From IMG/VR virus record IMGVR_UViG_3300028592_000047, positions 1 through 36,157 of that record: 36,157 bases of DNA; one strand, given 5' to 3'. Shown one piece after another: positions 17,277 through 25,196 of this stretch. The notes under the pieces are model-generated. The model did not search any database. It saw nothing but the letters and a program-made list of their open reading frames with translations, and was not told the DNA's origin. Source of the DNA: a virus. Its lineage: Duplodnaviria > Caudoviricetes. Both the position numbers and the translations under genes were made by a program. The stretch's first letter is position 1. Every line of letters starts with the position of its first letter.

Positions 17277-17753
17277 ATGCTTGCGATAATACACATAGAA
17301 TTCGAAAACAACGACCTGATCAACAATCGGTTGACCAAGGATCAGTATACCCAACTTCGCGACCAAGTAGTCGGCCTCCGCCTTTCGGAGTGGGACGACG
17401 AAACAAACAAACCCAAAAGCTCTTGGTACGGTTGGGGCGAAGACGTTTGTGTCGACCTCACCGACGACGTTAGGCTGCTGGAAAAGCTCGGCATCAAATA
17501 CAGCGTCCAGCGTGTCAAGAACACCTACACTCACCTTGCCCCGGCGCAAGACCCTGGCCAGACGCACGTCACCTACAACTTCGCGCTTCCTAACATCGGG
17601 CTTCTGGTTATCGATGAAGTTACGTGGCTGGACGATGCGTGCACCGAAGAACTGCAGCGGCACCTCAATGAGAAATGGCGCATCATAGCCGTTTGTCCCC
17701 CGAATGGTGCCCGAAGGCCGGACTACATACTAGGACGAACGAAGACCACTTGA
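17277..17753 (+). CDS. Hypothetical protein
   Basis: 158 aa after AAGGAGG; C-terminal DACTEELQRHL..KWRIIAVCPP..RRPDYILGR motif. Confidence 0.8.
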   Translation: MLAIIHIEFENNDLINNRLTKDQYTQLRDQVVGLRLSEWDDETNKPKSSWYGWGEDVCVDLTDDVRLLEKLGIKYSVQRVKNTYTHLAPAQDPGQTHVTYNFALPNIGLLVIDEVTWLDDACTEELQRHLNEKWRIIAVCPPNGARRPDYILGRTKTT

Positions 17754-17778
17754 CACGGCAACATCGCCGTGGTAAAAT
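17750..17778 (+). promoter_or_regulatory. Sigma70-type promoter TTGACA-N17-TAAAAT
   Basis: Consensus match, followed by hairpin ACGGGTAGC / GCTACCCGT (17781-17808). Confidence 0.78.
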
Positions 17779-17854
17779 ACACGGGTAGCTAGGGGATTGG
17801 CTACCCGTTTTGCGTTTTCAATCCACACACATTGTCAAACGAGGAACCACCACA

Positions 17855-18874
17855 ATGACGATCCATCATTCACAGGTAAAGAAAGCCGAGAAGCTGGGCA
17901 TCGAGCTCACCGAGGACGGCGATGCGGTGCGGGCGTTCTGGCCCAAGCGCGCGCTGGCCATCGTCGGCGCATCGGCAAGTGACGTAATGGCGCAGATGCA
18001 GGCAGCCATCGCCGTGTGCGATGGCGACGAGTACCGGATGCGGGGCGAGGGACGCCTCGTAACGGTAACCCGCATCGAGGATGGCGCATTCTTGGTTGGC
18101 TCGCCCATGGCGGCAGTGTCGGCCCACAAGCAGATCAAGCTGGACAAGAACGCGGTCTGGCAGGACACCGACCCGCGCAACACCGAGCTCCCCGATGTCG
18201 ACCTCACTTCTTTCGATGATACCCCCGGCAACACGGGGGGCTATGACGGCCCTTTTGGTGCAAGCGCCACGGACACTATTGCTTCGGGGACAAAGAGTAC
18301 TGTTGAGCGCAGCGAAAAGGGCGTGGCCCTTAACGGCGCTATCGCCTACGCCGAGGGCACCCCGGCTGGCGACTGCCCGTACAACAGCGAGGGCGGCGAT
18401 GACGAATACGAATTGTTCGTAAAGTGGAACGACGACTGGGACGCGGCGGCGGACCTTGCAGCCGAGGAAGAAGGCGAAAAGGGCGGCTCGGTGGTTGCGC
18501 AGAAGTACCGCGCCAAATACGCCGAGCTAGGCCACCCCACCCATTGCGGCGACTGGCTGGCAAGCTTGCTCAACAACCTGTGCCTGACCAAGAAAGACAC
18601 CGATCTGGGCCGATTCGAGACGATCTGCGCCGCCAATGGCGTGGACACCTCCAAGTACAAGCGCGACGGCGTCGGCTGGCAGGGCCGCATCCGAATGACA
18701 GGCCGCAACTTGCTGGCCAAGCAGGTCTATCTGGCAGGCGGCGTGATCAAAACCCCGGTGGAGGGGGCGGAGCCCGAATACCGCGCTCCTGCCGACTGGA
18801 TGCAGATGCAGCGGTTCAAGATGCCGCAGGCTCAGCAGGCCGCGCCCATTCCGGCACCTGCCGCTGCAGCCTGA
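17855..18874 (+). CDS. Multidomain hypothetical protein with Rmf-like CPY motif and GRxRMT-domain paralog B
   Basis: ATG 17855 after GAGG; GAIAYAEG..GDCPY...WNDDW motif; C-terminal domain similar to 14218-14661. Confidence 0.85.
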   Translation: MTIHHSQVKKAEKLGIELTEDGDAVRAFWPKRALAIVGASASDVMAQMQAAIAVCDGDEYRMRGEGRLVTVTRIEDGAFLVGSPMAAVSAHKQIKLDKNAVWQDTDPRNTELPDVDLTSFDDTPGNTGGYDGPFGASATDTIASGTKSTVERSEKGVALNGAIAYAEGTPAGDCPYNSEGGDDEYELFVKWNDDWDAAADLAAEEEGEKGGSVVAQKYRAKYAELGHPTHCGDWLASLLNNLCLTKKDTDLGRFETICAANGVDTSKYKRDGVGWQGRIRMTGRNLLAKQVYLAGGVIKTPVEGAEPEYRAPADWMQMQRFKMPQAQQAAPIPAPAAAA

Positions 18875-18939
18875 CCCCTCACCAACGTCCGTCCTGCTGC
18901 TGGCCCGGAATGCGCCAGCAGCCGCCCTAGGAGGCAAAC

Positions 18940-19290
18940 ATGACCGAACTCACGCCGCGTCAGATCGAAGTGAACAGCAAGATCGACGCTATTATCGCCG
19001 GGGCTCTGGCCAATAACCTACCCCCTTTCGCTGTGCACTTGCTCGACAAGGTGATGCGGCCTTATGCCCACGCGCTGGATTTTGCCGAGGAACACAAAGT
19101 GATGCCGCCCGAAGCGTCGTTCGAAATCGCCAACCTGATGGGGTCGATGGTCGTTGAATTCCTCGTGCGTGCAGTTGACAGGAGGGATGGCCCGCTGGCG
19201 GCGGACCAAGCACAGGCGTTCATCAACAACATGACGGACGCCACCAATCAATCCCTCCATGCCAACTTCCAGATGGGGGCAACACAATGA
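18940..19290 (+). CDS. Hypothetical protein
   Basis: 116 aa after AGGAGG. Confidence 0.8.
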   Translation: MTELTPRQIEVNSKIDAIIAGALANNLPPFAVHLLDKVMRPYAHALDFAEEHKVMPPEASFEIANLMGSMVVEFLVRAVDRRDGPLAADQAQAFINNMTDATNQSLHANFQMGATQ

Positions 19291-19478
19291 GCAAGACCCG
19301 TGACAAGCCCATGACATCGCAGACCAAGGCGGCGCTGATGGACGAGGTGATCGAAAAGTTGATCACCCGGTGGCCCAACGACCCCAAGGCGGCGATGGAG
19401 TTCTCGCTCAACTTCTTCACCAGCAACGACCTTGTCGGCATCAAGGCGGAGCTCGACGCATTGGGGACAAGGAGATGA
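19287..19478 (+). CDS. Hypothetical protein
   Basis: 63 aa with ATGA overlaps on both sides. Confidence 0.7.
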   Translation: MSKTRDKPMTSQTKAALMDEVIEKLITRWPNDPKAAMEFSLNFFTSNDLVGIKAELDALGTRR

Positions 19479-19981
19479 TCAGTCACCGCAAACCGAAAAG
19501 CGACGACCACATCGAAGTCGGCGACATCGTCATGTGCGTTACTGACGAATACACAAGTGTTCGTTACGGCGACGTCCGCCCTGTGTTGGGCATCAATGAG
19601 TACGGCAACCTCAAGCTACCCAACAAGCGATCGCCCTACGACACTTCAGACTACAACCGGGCCAACTTCCGGCTCAAACACAAGAAAATTCACCAACCAC
19701 AGGAGACGAAAATGGCCGGAGTTATGTTCATCGCAATCCGCATCCACTTTGGCGACAGCGAATTTCGCTACGGCGATTCGATCGAGATGCTAGTAAACAC
19801 CGTAAACTCCACGAGCACGGGTATCGACAACGACGACATGTTAGCCAGCAAGTCGTACGAAGAGGTAAAGCGATACGTCGAAAGGCGCATCAAGACAAAC
19901 CCCACCGAAAAGTGGCTGCTGTTCTCGGGCACGACACTGGCCGAGACCCCCACCCCGCCCATCACTTTTCGGAGTGCTTGA
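19475..19981 (+). CDS. Hypothetical protein with N-terminal SH3-like barrel
   Basis: IEVGDIVMCV...YGDVRPV...NRANFRL; internal AGGAG-ATG at 19712 may be a second start. Confidence 0.65.
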   Translation: MISHRKPKSDDHIEVGDIVMCVTDEYTSVRYGDVRPVLGINEYGNLKLPNKRSPYDTSDYNRANFRLKHKKIHQPQETKMAGVMFIAIRIHFGDSEFRYGDSIEMLVNTVNSTSTGIDNDDMLASKSYEEVKRYVERRIKTNPTEKWLLFSGTTLAETPTPPITFRSA

Positions 19982-19983
19982 CC

Positions 19984-20397
19984 ATGGCTGACCGGTACGA
20001 ACTCGTGCCTAACACGACCAAGTCCAAGTTGCCGGGCATCGACTGCCCGGCTAAGCCCCGCAACCCGATCCGCACGGCTATCCCCATCGTGCGGGAACTA
20101 ATGGAGTACCTCGATAAGCGGCGCTTCCGCCTGCGGGGTGTCATCGGACAGGACCGCATCTACAAGTGGCGAAGCGGCAAGAGTGGGCCGCAGTTGCAGG
20201 CGTTCATCGATCTCGCTGCCCGATACAACTTCGAGGTCATGTTGGTGCCGAAGAACAGGGTGGCCGCAGTGCGGGCGCTGCTGGCCCCCGCCAGCCCCGG
20301 TACGCCTGCTACGCCACAGGCTAGCGCGGATACGTCCCGTGGCGCGGGCACCGGGGCCGCTACCGCCGCCCGCACGGGCCAGCAGCGGGCGGCGTGA
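19984..20397 (+). CDS. Putative XRE-like HTH protein
   Basis: IGQDRIYKWRSGKSGPQLQAFIDLAARYNFEVMLVPK resembles the second half of an XRE domain. Confidence 0.6.
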   Translation: MADRYELVPNTTKSKLPGIDCPAKPRNPIRTAIPIVRELMEYLDKRRFRLRGVIGQDRIYKWRSGKSGPQLQAFIDLAARYNFEVMLVPKNRVAAVRALLAPASPGTPATPQASADTSRGAGTGAATAARTGQQRAA

Positions 20398-20398
20398 C

Positions 20399-20797
20399 AT
20401 GGTCGACGACAACGGCAATGAAAACCTAGGCCGGACGAAGGTCGAAGTCTCATATGTCAATCAGGAGCAAGATTACGAGCTACTCCTGAGGCTCCCGCCG
20501 AATGTGCGGGAGTTTGTCCTCTATGACGCTGGTACGCCGTTCAACGTGCAGGACATCTTCGACGGGTACAAGATACTTAGCGACGCCATGCGGGAGCGCA
20601 GTATTTACTCCTTCTTTGGTGGCGGCAACCCCGAAAGGGTAAGCGACCGCGAGATTTGGAGTGCTGTCCTTTCGCATCTTAAGAAGGTGTCACGAGAGGA
20701 CCACATGTTTGTGTACGATGGCACCTATCCGGGTGACATTAGGCATTACCGCCACTCCCTTTCGACGGCAGTTCCAAAACTTCGCCGCATAAGTTGA
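20399..20797 (+). CDS. Hypothetical protein
   Basis: 132 aa; LPPNVREFVLYDA motif; start uncertain. Confidence 0.65.
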   Translation: MVDDNGNENLGRTKVEVSYVNQEQDYELLLRLPPNVREFVLYDAGTPFNVQDIFDGYKILSDAMRERSIYSFFGGGNPERVSDREIWSAVLSHLKKVSREDHMFVYDGTYPGDIRHYRHSLSTAVPKLRRIS

Positions 20798-20822
20798 CAC
20801 GCCTGCCGGGGCGTGGTATAGT
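20794..20822 (+). promoter_or_regulatory. Sigma70-type promoter TTGACA-N17-TATAGT for primase-helicase
   Basis: Consensus match with TG extension. Confidence 0.8.
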
Positions 20823-20920
20823 GTATCGTCTGTGGTGGACGAAATCCCGGTGGGGCGAAAGGGCGACGGTCCTCCCACCGGGGAAACCACAGAATTGGAC
20901 ACCACAGGCGGAGCAACTCC

Positions 20921-23470
20921 ATGGCATTCGAATCCATCGCTGGCGGCTTTAAGGTCAGCGCCCAAGACCAGCAGCTGGTCAACGCGCAGCGCGCTATCAC
21001 CAAGGTCATTAACGACCGGTTCATCCAGGTCGGCGCGGTCTTCCTCAAGACCAGCAGCAAGAACCCCCACGAGGATGACTGGTACAAGCGCGGGCATCGC
21101 GACACCGATCTTCAAGCGTGGATTGACAATCCCGATCTGAACTACCACAACGCAGGGTTCAACCTGCAGATGGGCTGGCTCGATATCGACATCGACGCAG
21201 AGGACCCCGAGTACAACGAATGCATCCTCGCGGCGCTTAATCACCTCAAGATTGACACGCGGTTCAAGTTCGGCCGCCTTTCGGTGGGTGTGGCAAGCCA
21301 CGTCATGGTTCAGCTGGGGGAGGACGAGGCCACCAACTTCGACAAGCTCACCCGCTTCGAGCCCAAGGAATTCCGGATCGAAGGCAAGCGCTACCACGTT
21401 CAGCTGCGCGGCTTCTCCACCAATACGAGCGCCGCCAACGTAGCTAAGTCGGCCAAGCAGACCGTGATGCCGGGTTCCATCTACACCCACAAGACCGAAA
21501 GGGACAGGTACGACATCTCTGTCTGGTACGGGCCAGCAGGCGTTGCGACTGAGGTCAAGAACATCACCTCGACGACGCCCCGGCGCGTCAACTTCAACGA
21601 GATCGTCCGCGCCATCTGCTTCGGCACATTCCTGTACTGCCTCAAGGAAGAGTGGGTCGAGGGCAGCCGCCAGATGACGGCGCAGAAGGTGACCGGCTGG
21701 CTCGCGCGCGTCATGAAGGACAGCGCCGCGATGAATAACCACGAGGTGGTGTCGTCCGACGTGTTTTGCCCCGTCGACGACGAGGGCATCGCCGAATCGC
21801 TGCTGTATTTCATCTGCGACTACATGCACGACGACGAAAAGCACATGCGGGTGCGCGCTTTCCATGACGCCGTGGCCAAGCTGGAGCGCAACCCCGACGC
21901 CAAGGTTCCCGGCTGGCCCGCAATGGAGCAGCTTATCGGCGGCGCTAAGACGCTGGCGTTGCGTACTGTGTTCATGCCGGGCTCAGACGTGTCGCAGTTG
22001 ACCAAGATGGCTGAAAGGTACGTGTATGACGAAACTGACAACCAGTACATTGACCGCACTCGCTTCTTCACTACTGGCGGGTTCGTCCATGCCGGTGAAG
22101 AACTCGAACGGAGACATCGTGGCGATGTCGTCCGAATTGGCGGGAAACCTAAGCAGGCCTTTTCGGTGTACGAGTCCAGCGACATGCGAAAGCGAGTCGG
22201 GTTCAGAGACCTTTATCCAGACCTTAATCCGGGAGGCATTTACCGCATCTCAGGACTGGGGGAAGTCCTCTCTGATGATGACGACGGGGACAATACCGCT
22301 CTATCGGTATTTAATACGTGGCGAGGATGGCCTGTGGGTGTTCCGGACAAAGTTGATGAGCGACTACTTTCTGACCTCGTTGGACGTCTCGATACCGTAT
22401 TGGGATATCTCACCCAGGATAAGGTCGAGCAAATAGACTGGATCAAGCGCTGGATGGCGTGGACGTTCCAGCGCCCCGGCGACAAGCAGCAGATCGCTTG
22501 GGTGGTAGTGGGCGAGCAGGGCATCGGCAAATCGTGGATTGGCAACATCTTTATGCGGGCTCTCATGGGCACGCTCTGGGGATCGGCGTCACCGAAAGTG
22601 ATGGAGGGCGACTTCGTCATTGGGCCGTTCCTCAACAAGATGTTCGTGTTCATCGACGAGGCCAAGTTCCACTCCGAGGTGGGCGTCGACGAAATCAAGA
22701 AGCTGATCCGTGGCGTGGACGTTCCCGGAGCGGAGAAGTTCCAGGATGCGCGCAACTATAGACTGTTTGCCCGACTAATGTTTGCGTCCAACCGCATGAA
22801 CATGAATATCGGTCAAGCCAACGTGCGCGACCGTGCTTTGTTCTATACCCGCGCGTATGACCGCGACTACAAGCGTATGACCGAGGCCGATTTTCGCACT
22901 TGGGCGGAGACGCTCAAGCCATGGTTTCAGGAGTACACCGATCTGCTCCAGCAACGAACGGTGCGTGAACACTACATGCACTATTTCCTCAACGTGGTAA
23001 AGACCGACAAGTTCGAGGTCGAGAGCATCAAGCATTCCAGCAGCGCCGACGCGCAGATCGTTATCGGCAACATGTCGTGGTCGCGCCGCATCGCCAAGTA
23101 CATCATCGAAGATGGGCGCATCCACGAGGACCTCGACATCTCGTACCCATTCACGGTGCCCGAGCTCAACCGGCGTGTGGTCGACGTGTGCAGGGAGCTA
23201 GGCATGTCGAATGTGCAGGGCAGCCACATCTTGGCGGAGTTCGAGAGCGCTGGTGTCCTTGAGAAGATCGTAGTCGCCGGTCAGAAGAAGCTGCGCTTCA
23301 CCCACAAGATCGGCTCCCTCACCCAGTTTTTCGGCGTGGCGATCGGTGTCGACCTCGAACCCCGCTACGAGTTCACCGAAAAGGACATGGGGCCCAACGA
23401 CTGCGACGGTTCCACCCGCCCCTCATGGCGTGGGTCCAAGCTGGGCGTAGTGGCTCAGAGTAGGGTGTAG
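20921..23470 (+). CDS. Primase-polymerase (AEP-type) fused to SF3-type helicase
   Basis: N-terminal WLDIDID and SH motifs plus TVMPGSI; C-terminal Walker A GEQGIGKS, Walker B VFIDEA, motif C MFASN. Confidence 0.88.
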   Translation: MAFESIAGGFKVSAQDQQLVNAQRAITKVINDRFIQVGAVFLKTSSKNPHEDDWYKRGHRDTDLQAWIDNPDLNYHNAGFNLQMGWLDIDIDAEDPEYNECILAALNHLKIDTRFKFGRLSVGVASHVMVQLGEDEATNFDKLTRFEPKEFRIEGKRYHVQLRGFSTNTSAANVAKSAKQTVMPGSIYTHKTERDRYDISVWYGPAGVATEVKNITSTTPRRVNFNEIVRAICFGTFLYCLKEEWVEGSRQMTAQKVTGWLARVMKDSAAMNNHEVVSSDVFCPVDDEGIAESLLYFICDYMHDDEKHMRVRAFHDAVAKLERNPDAKVPGWPAMEQLIGGAKTLALRTVFMPGSDVSQLTKMAERYVYDETDNQYIDRTRFFTTGGFVHAGEELERRHRGDVVRIGGKPKQAFSVYESSDMRKRVGFRDLYPDLNPGGIYRISGLGEVLSDDDDGDNTALSVFNTWRGWPVGVPDKVDERLLSDLVGRLDTVLGYLTQDKVEQIDWIKRWMAWTFQRPGDKQQIAWVVVGEQGIGKSWIGNIFMRALMGTLWGSASPKVMEGDFVIGPFLNKMFVFIDEAKFHSEVGVDEIKKLIRGVDVPGAEKFQDARNYRLFARLMFASNRMNMNIGQANVRDRALFYTRAYDRDYKRMTEADFRTWAETLKPWFQEYTDLLQQRTVREHYMHYFLNVVKTDKFEVESIKHSSSADAQIVIGNMSWSRRIAKYIIEDGRIHEDLDISYPFTVPELNRRVVDVCRELGMSNVQGSHILAEFESAGVLEKIVVAGQKKLRFTHKIGSLTQFFGVAIGVDLEPRYEFTEKDMGPNDCDGSTRPSWRGSKLGVVAQSRV

Positions 23471-23496
23471 GAAGGCAACAGCATTCCTAAGGGGAC

Positions 23497-23525
23497 TTGA
23501 CGGGCACGTCGCGGCGTGTTAAAGT
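23497..23525 (+). promoter_or_regulatory. Sigma70-type promoter TTGACG-N17-TAAAGT
   Basis: Consensus match upstream of paralog C. Confidence 0.7.
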
Positions 23526-23568
23526 GAGGGTACATCGCGACGACGATGCCCAATCAAAGGAGAAGACA

Positions 23569-24069
23569 ATGAGCCGCAAGAATAACGCCGCCGAGGAAAC
23601 CCAGATGGAAGACCAGATGGAAGACCAGACCGAAACCGTCGAACAGCCCGTCGCCGAAGCTGCGCCGGTCGCCGCCGAGAAGACGACCAAGTCGATCGTT
23701 CCTGCCAAGTACGCCGGCAAGTACAAGGGCGGCGGCTCCGATCCGCTGGCCGAGTTCATCAAGAGCCAGTCGACCGGCAAGGACGGTTTCGAGTTCACCG
23801 CTTTCTTCACGCTCTGCCGTAAGAACGGTCTGCCCGAAGACAAGGTCGCTCACTACGAATCGCAGGTCGCCGAAAAGCTCCAGGGCGCCAATGGTCGCGC
23901 TCGCATGACGCTCCGCAACATGCTGGCGACGATAGCCCGCAAGAACGGCAAGCTGATTGCGCTCAACGGCGAGGAAGTCGAAGTGGCGGTCGCCAAGCCC
24001 GCAGTTTCCGGCGCCGCTGCTGCCGCTCAGGCATCGGCTGCAACGGAAGAGCAGACGTCGGCCGAATAA
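23569..24069 (+). CDS. Hypothetical protein, GRxRMT-domain paralog C
   Basis: ATG 23569 after AAGGAG; acidic/Ala tails flank SIVPAKY...NGRARMTLRNML. Confidence 0.85.
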   Translation: MSRKNNAAEETQMEDQMEDQTETVEQPVAEAAPVAAEKTTKSIVPAKYAGKYKGGGSDPLAEFIKSQSTGKDGFEFTAFFTLCRKNGLPEDKVAHYESQVAEKLQGANGRARMTLRNMLATIARKNGKLIALNGEEVEVAVAKPAVSGAAAAAQASAATEEQTSAE

Positions 24070-24119
24070 GGTCGCCGTCACTCTGGTGCCCGTCGCGTAG
24101 AGTTCGACGGGCACCACTA

Positions 24120-24180
24120 TCCCGGTGCATCGTGCAAAGTCCTAGCCGACTGAACAGGGGTTCAAGTCCCCGACCGGGGC
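24120..24180 (+). ncRNA. Miniature tRNA-like element
   Basis: 7-bp acceptor TCCCGGT/ACCGGGG, T-arm GGGG-TTCAAGT-CCCC, shrunken D-like and anticodon-like arms; no CCA. Confidence 0.5.
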
Positions 24181-24303
24181 TCTACTTTTCCAAGGGGTGT
24201 CTAGGTTCCGCTGTCACGGGGCCGAAAAGTCGGGGGTTGACAGACCCTAAAGCTTCGTCTCATAAACGGGCTGAAACGATCTGGCCCCCTTTGAAAAGTA
24301 GAG
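24180..24303 (+). ncRNA. Candidate multibranch structured RNA
   Basis: CTCTACTTTTCcAAGGGG pairs with CCCCTTtGAAAAGTAGAG, enclosing further stems. Confidence 0.5.
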
Positions 24304-24336
24304 TAGCCGCCTAAGTGGTCACGCACTCTGGCGCTC

Positions 24337-24385
24337 GAACGCCCCGAAGGTTTGGCACGCACCTTCGGGGCGTTCTCGTATTTCC
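24337..24385 (+). terminator. 15-bp hairpin, probable terminator
   Basis: GAACGCCCCGAAGGT-N9-ACCTTCGGGGCGTTC followed by TCGTATTT. Confidence 0.65.
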
Positions 24386-24393
24386 CGGACCCC

Positions 24394-24422
24394 TTGACTG
24401 GCCCCCTGCGCCGTGGTATACT
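24394..24422 (+). promoter_or_regulatory. Sigma70-type promoter TTGACT-N17-TATACT for the replication / Z operon
   Basis: Consensus match with TG extension. Confidence 0.8.
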
Positions 24423-24464
24423 CTAACTACGGTCCGAGAGCGGCCCGGTACAACGGAGATAACG

Positions 24465-24956
24465 GTGAAAGATTCCACGCTAGAACTAATGGGCAAGATT
24501 TGTCGCGGGATGGTCGGACTGGCCGAGATGATCCGCGACGACACGGCAGAGGTCACCAAGACCCGTGACCATATCGCCGTCATCAAGCACTACAATCACA
24601 TACGCATCGCTAATGAAACCATCAAGGAAGCCCGAAAGGCGCTGGACCAGATGGAAGAGGAACTGTCCCGCGAGACGGTACCCGAGGTGATGCGTGAAAA
24701 CAGCGTCAAGACCACCACGGTCGAAGGCGTCGGCAGGGTCACCATTTCGGCGCGGACGTCCTGTTCCATGATCGACAAAGAGCTCGGCATGGAGTGGCTC
24801 ACTGCCAACGGCCACGGGGGCATGATTCAGCCCACCGTCAACGCCTCTACGCTCGGCGCTTTCGCCAAGTCGCAGATGGAAGAAGGTCGCGAGCTCCCGG
24901 TGGACAGGTTCAAGACGAGCCTGATGACCTACACGAGCATCACCAAGGTCAAGTAG
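24465..24956 (+). CDS. Conserved replication-module protein
   Basis: GTG 24465 after GGAG; coiled coil followed by PEVMRE...EWL.ANGHGGMIQPTVNASTLGAF, a type commonly found upstream of phage SSB genes. Confidence 0.75.
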   Translation: MKDSTLELMGKICRGMVGLAEMIRDDTAEVTKTRDHIAVIKHYNHIRIANETIKEARKALDQMEEELSRETVPEVMRENSVKTTTVEGVGRVTISARTSCSMIDKELGMEWLTANGHGGMIQPTVNASTLGAFAKSQMEEGRELPVDRFKTSLMTYTSITKVK

Positions 24957-25196
24957 ATGGAACACGATCAGTCCAGCAATTTAAGGGCTGTCGCGCCGCT
25001 GCGCAGGTTTCGCGTGCGAGTGTTCGAGAATGACTGCCACTACGACGTGTTCGTAACAGCGCACCTCGTGTTCAATAACAAGGATCGCGGCGAGGGCTTA
25101 GTTTTTCGCCGCTATTATGAGGACAGCGTCCGCACCGAAAAGGTCGCTGAATTTGAGCCCGGAACCTTCACCTTCTATGAGGAAGTCGACCAATGA
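24957..25196 (+). CDS. Hypothetical protein
   Basis: 79 aa abutting both neighbours. Confidence 0.65.
   Translation: MEHDQSSNLRAVAPLRRFRVRVFENDCHYDVFVTAHLVFNNKDRGEGLVFRRYYEDSVRTEKVAEFEPGTFTFYEEVDQ

Noticed and set aside
23601-23628. CCAGATGGAAGA tandem duplication
   Set aside because: In-frame QMED slippage in a disordered N-terminal tail
24120-24180. Functional tRNA gene
   Set aside because: About 60 nt, 6-nt anticodon-like loop, no proper D-arm and no CCA; kept only as a tRNA-like element
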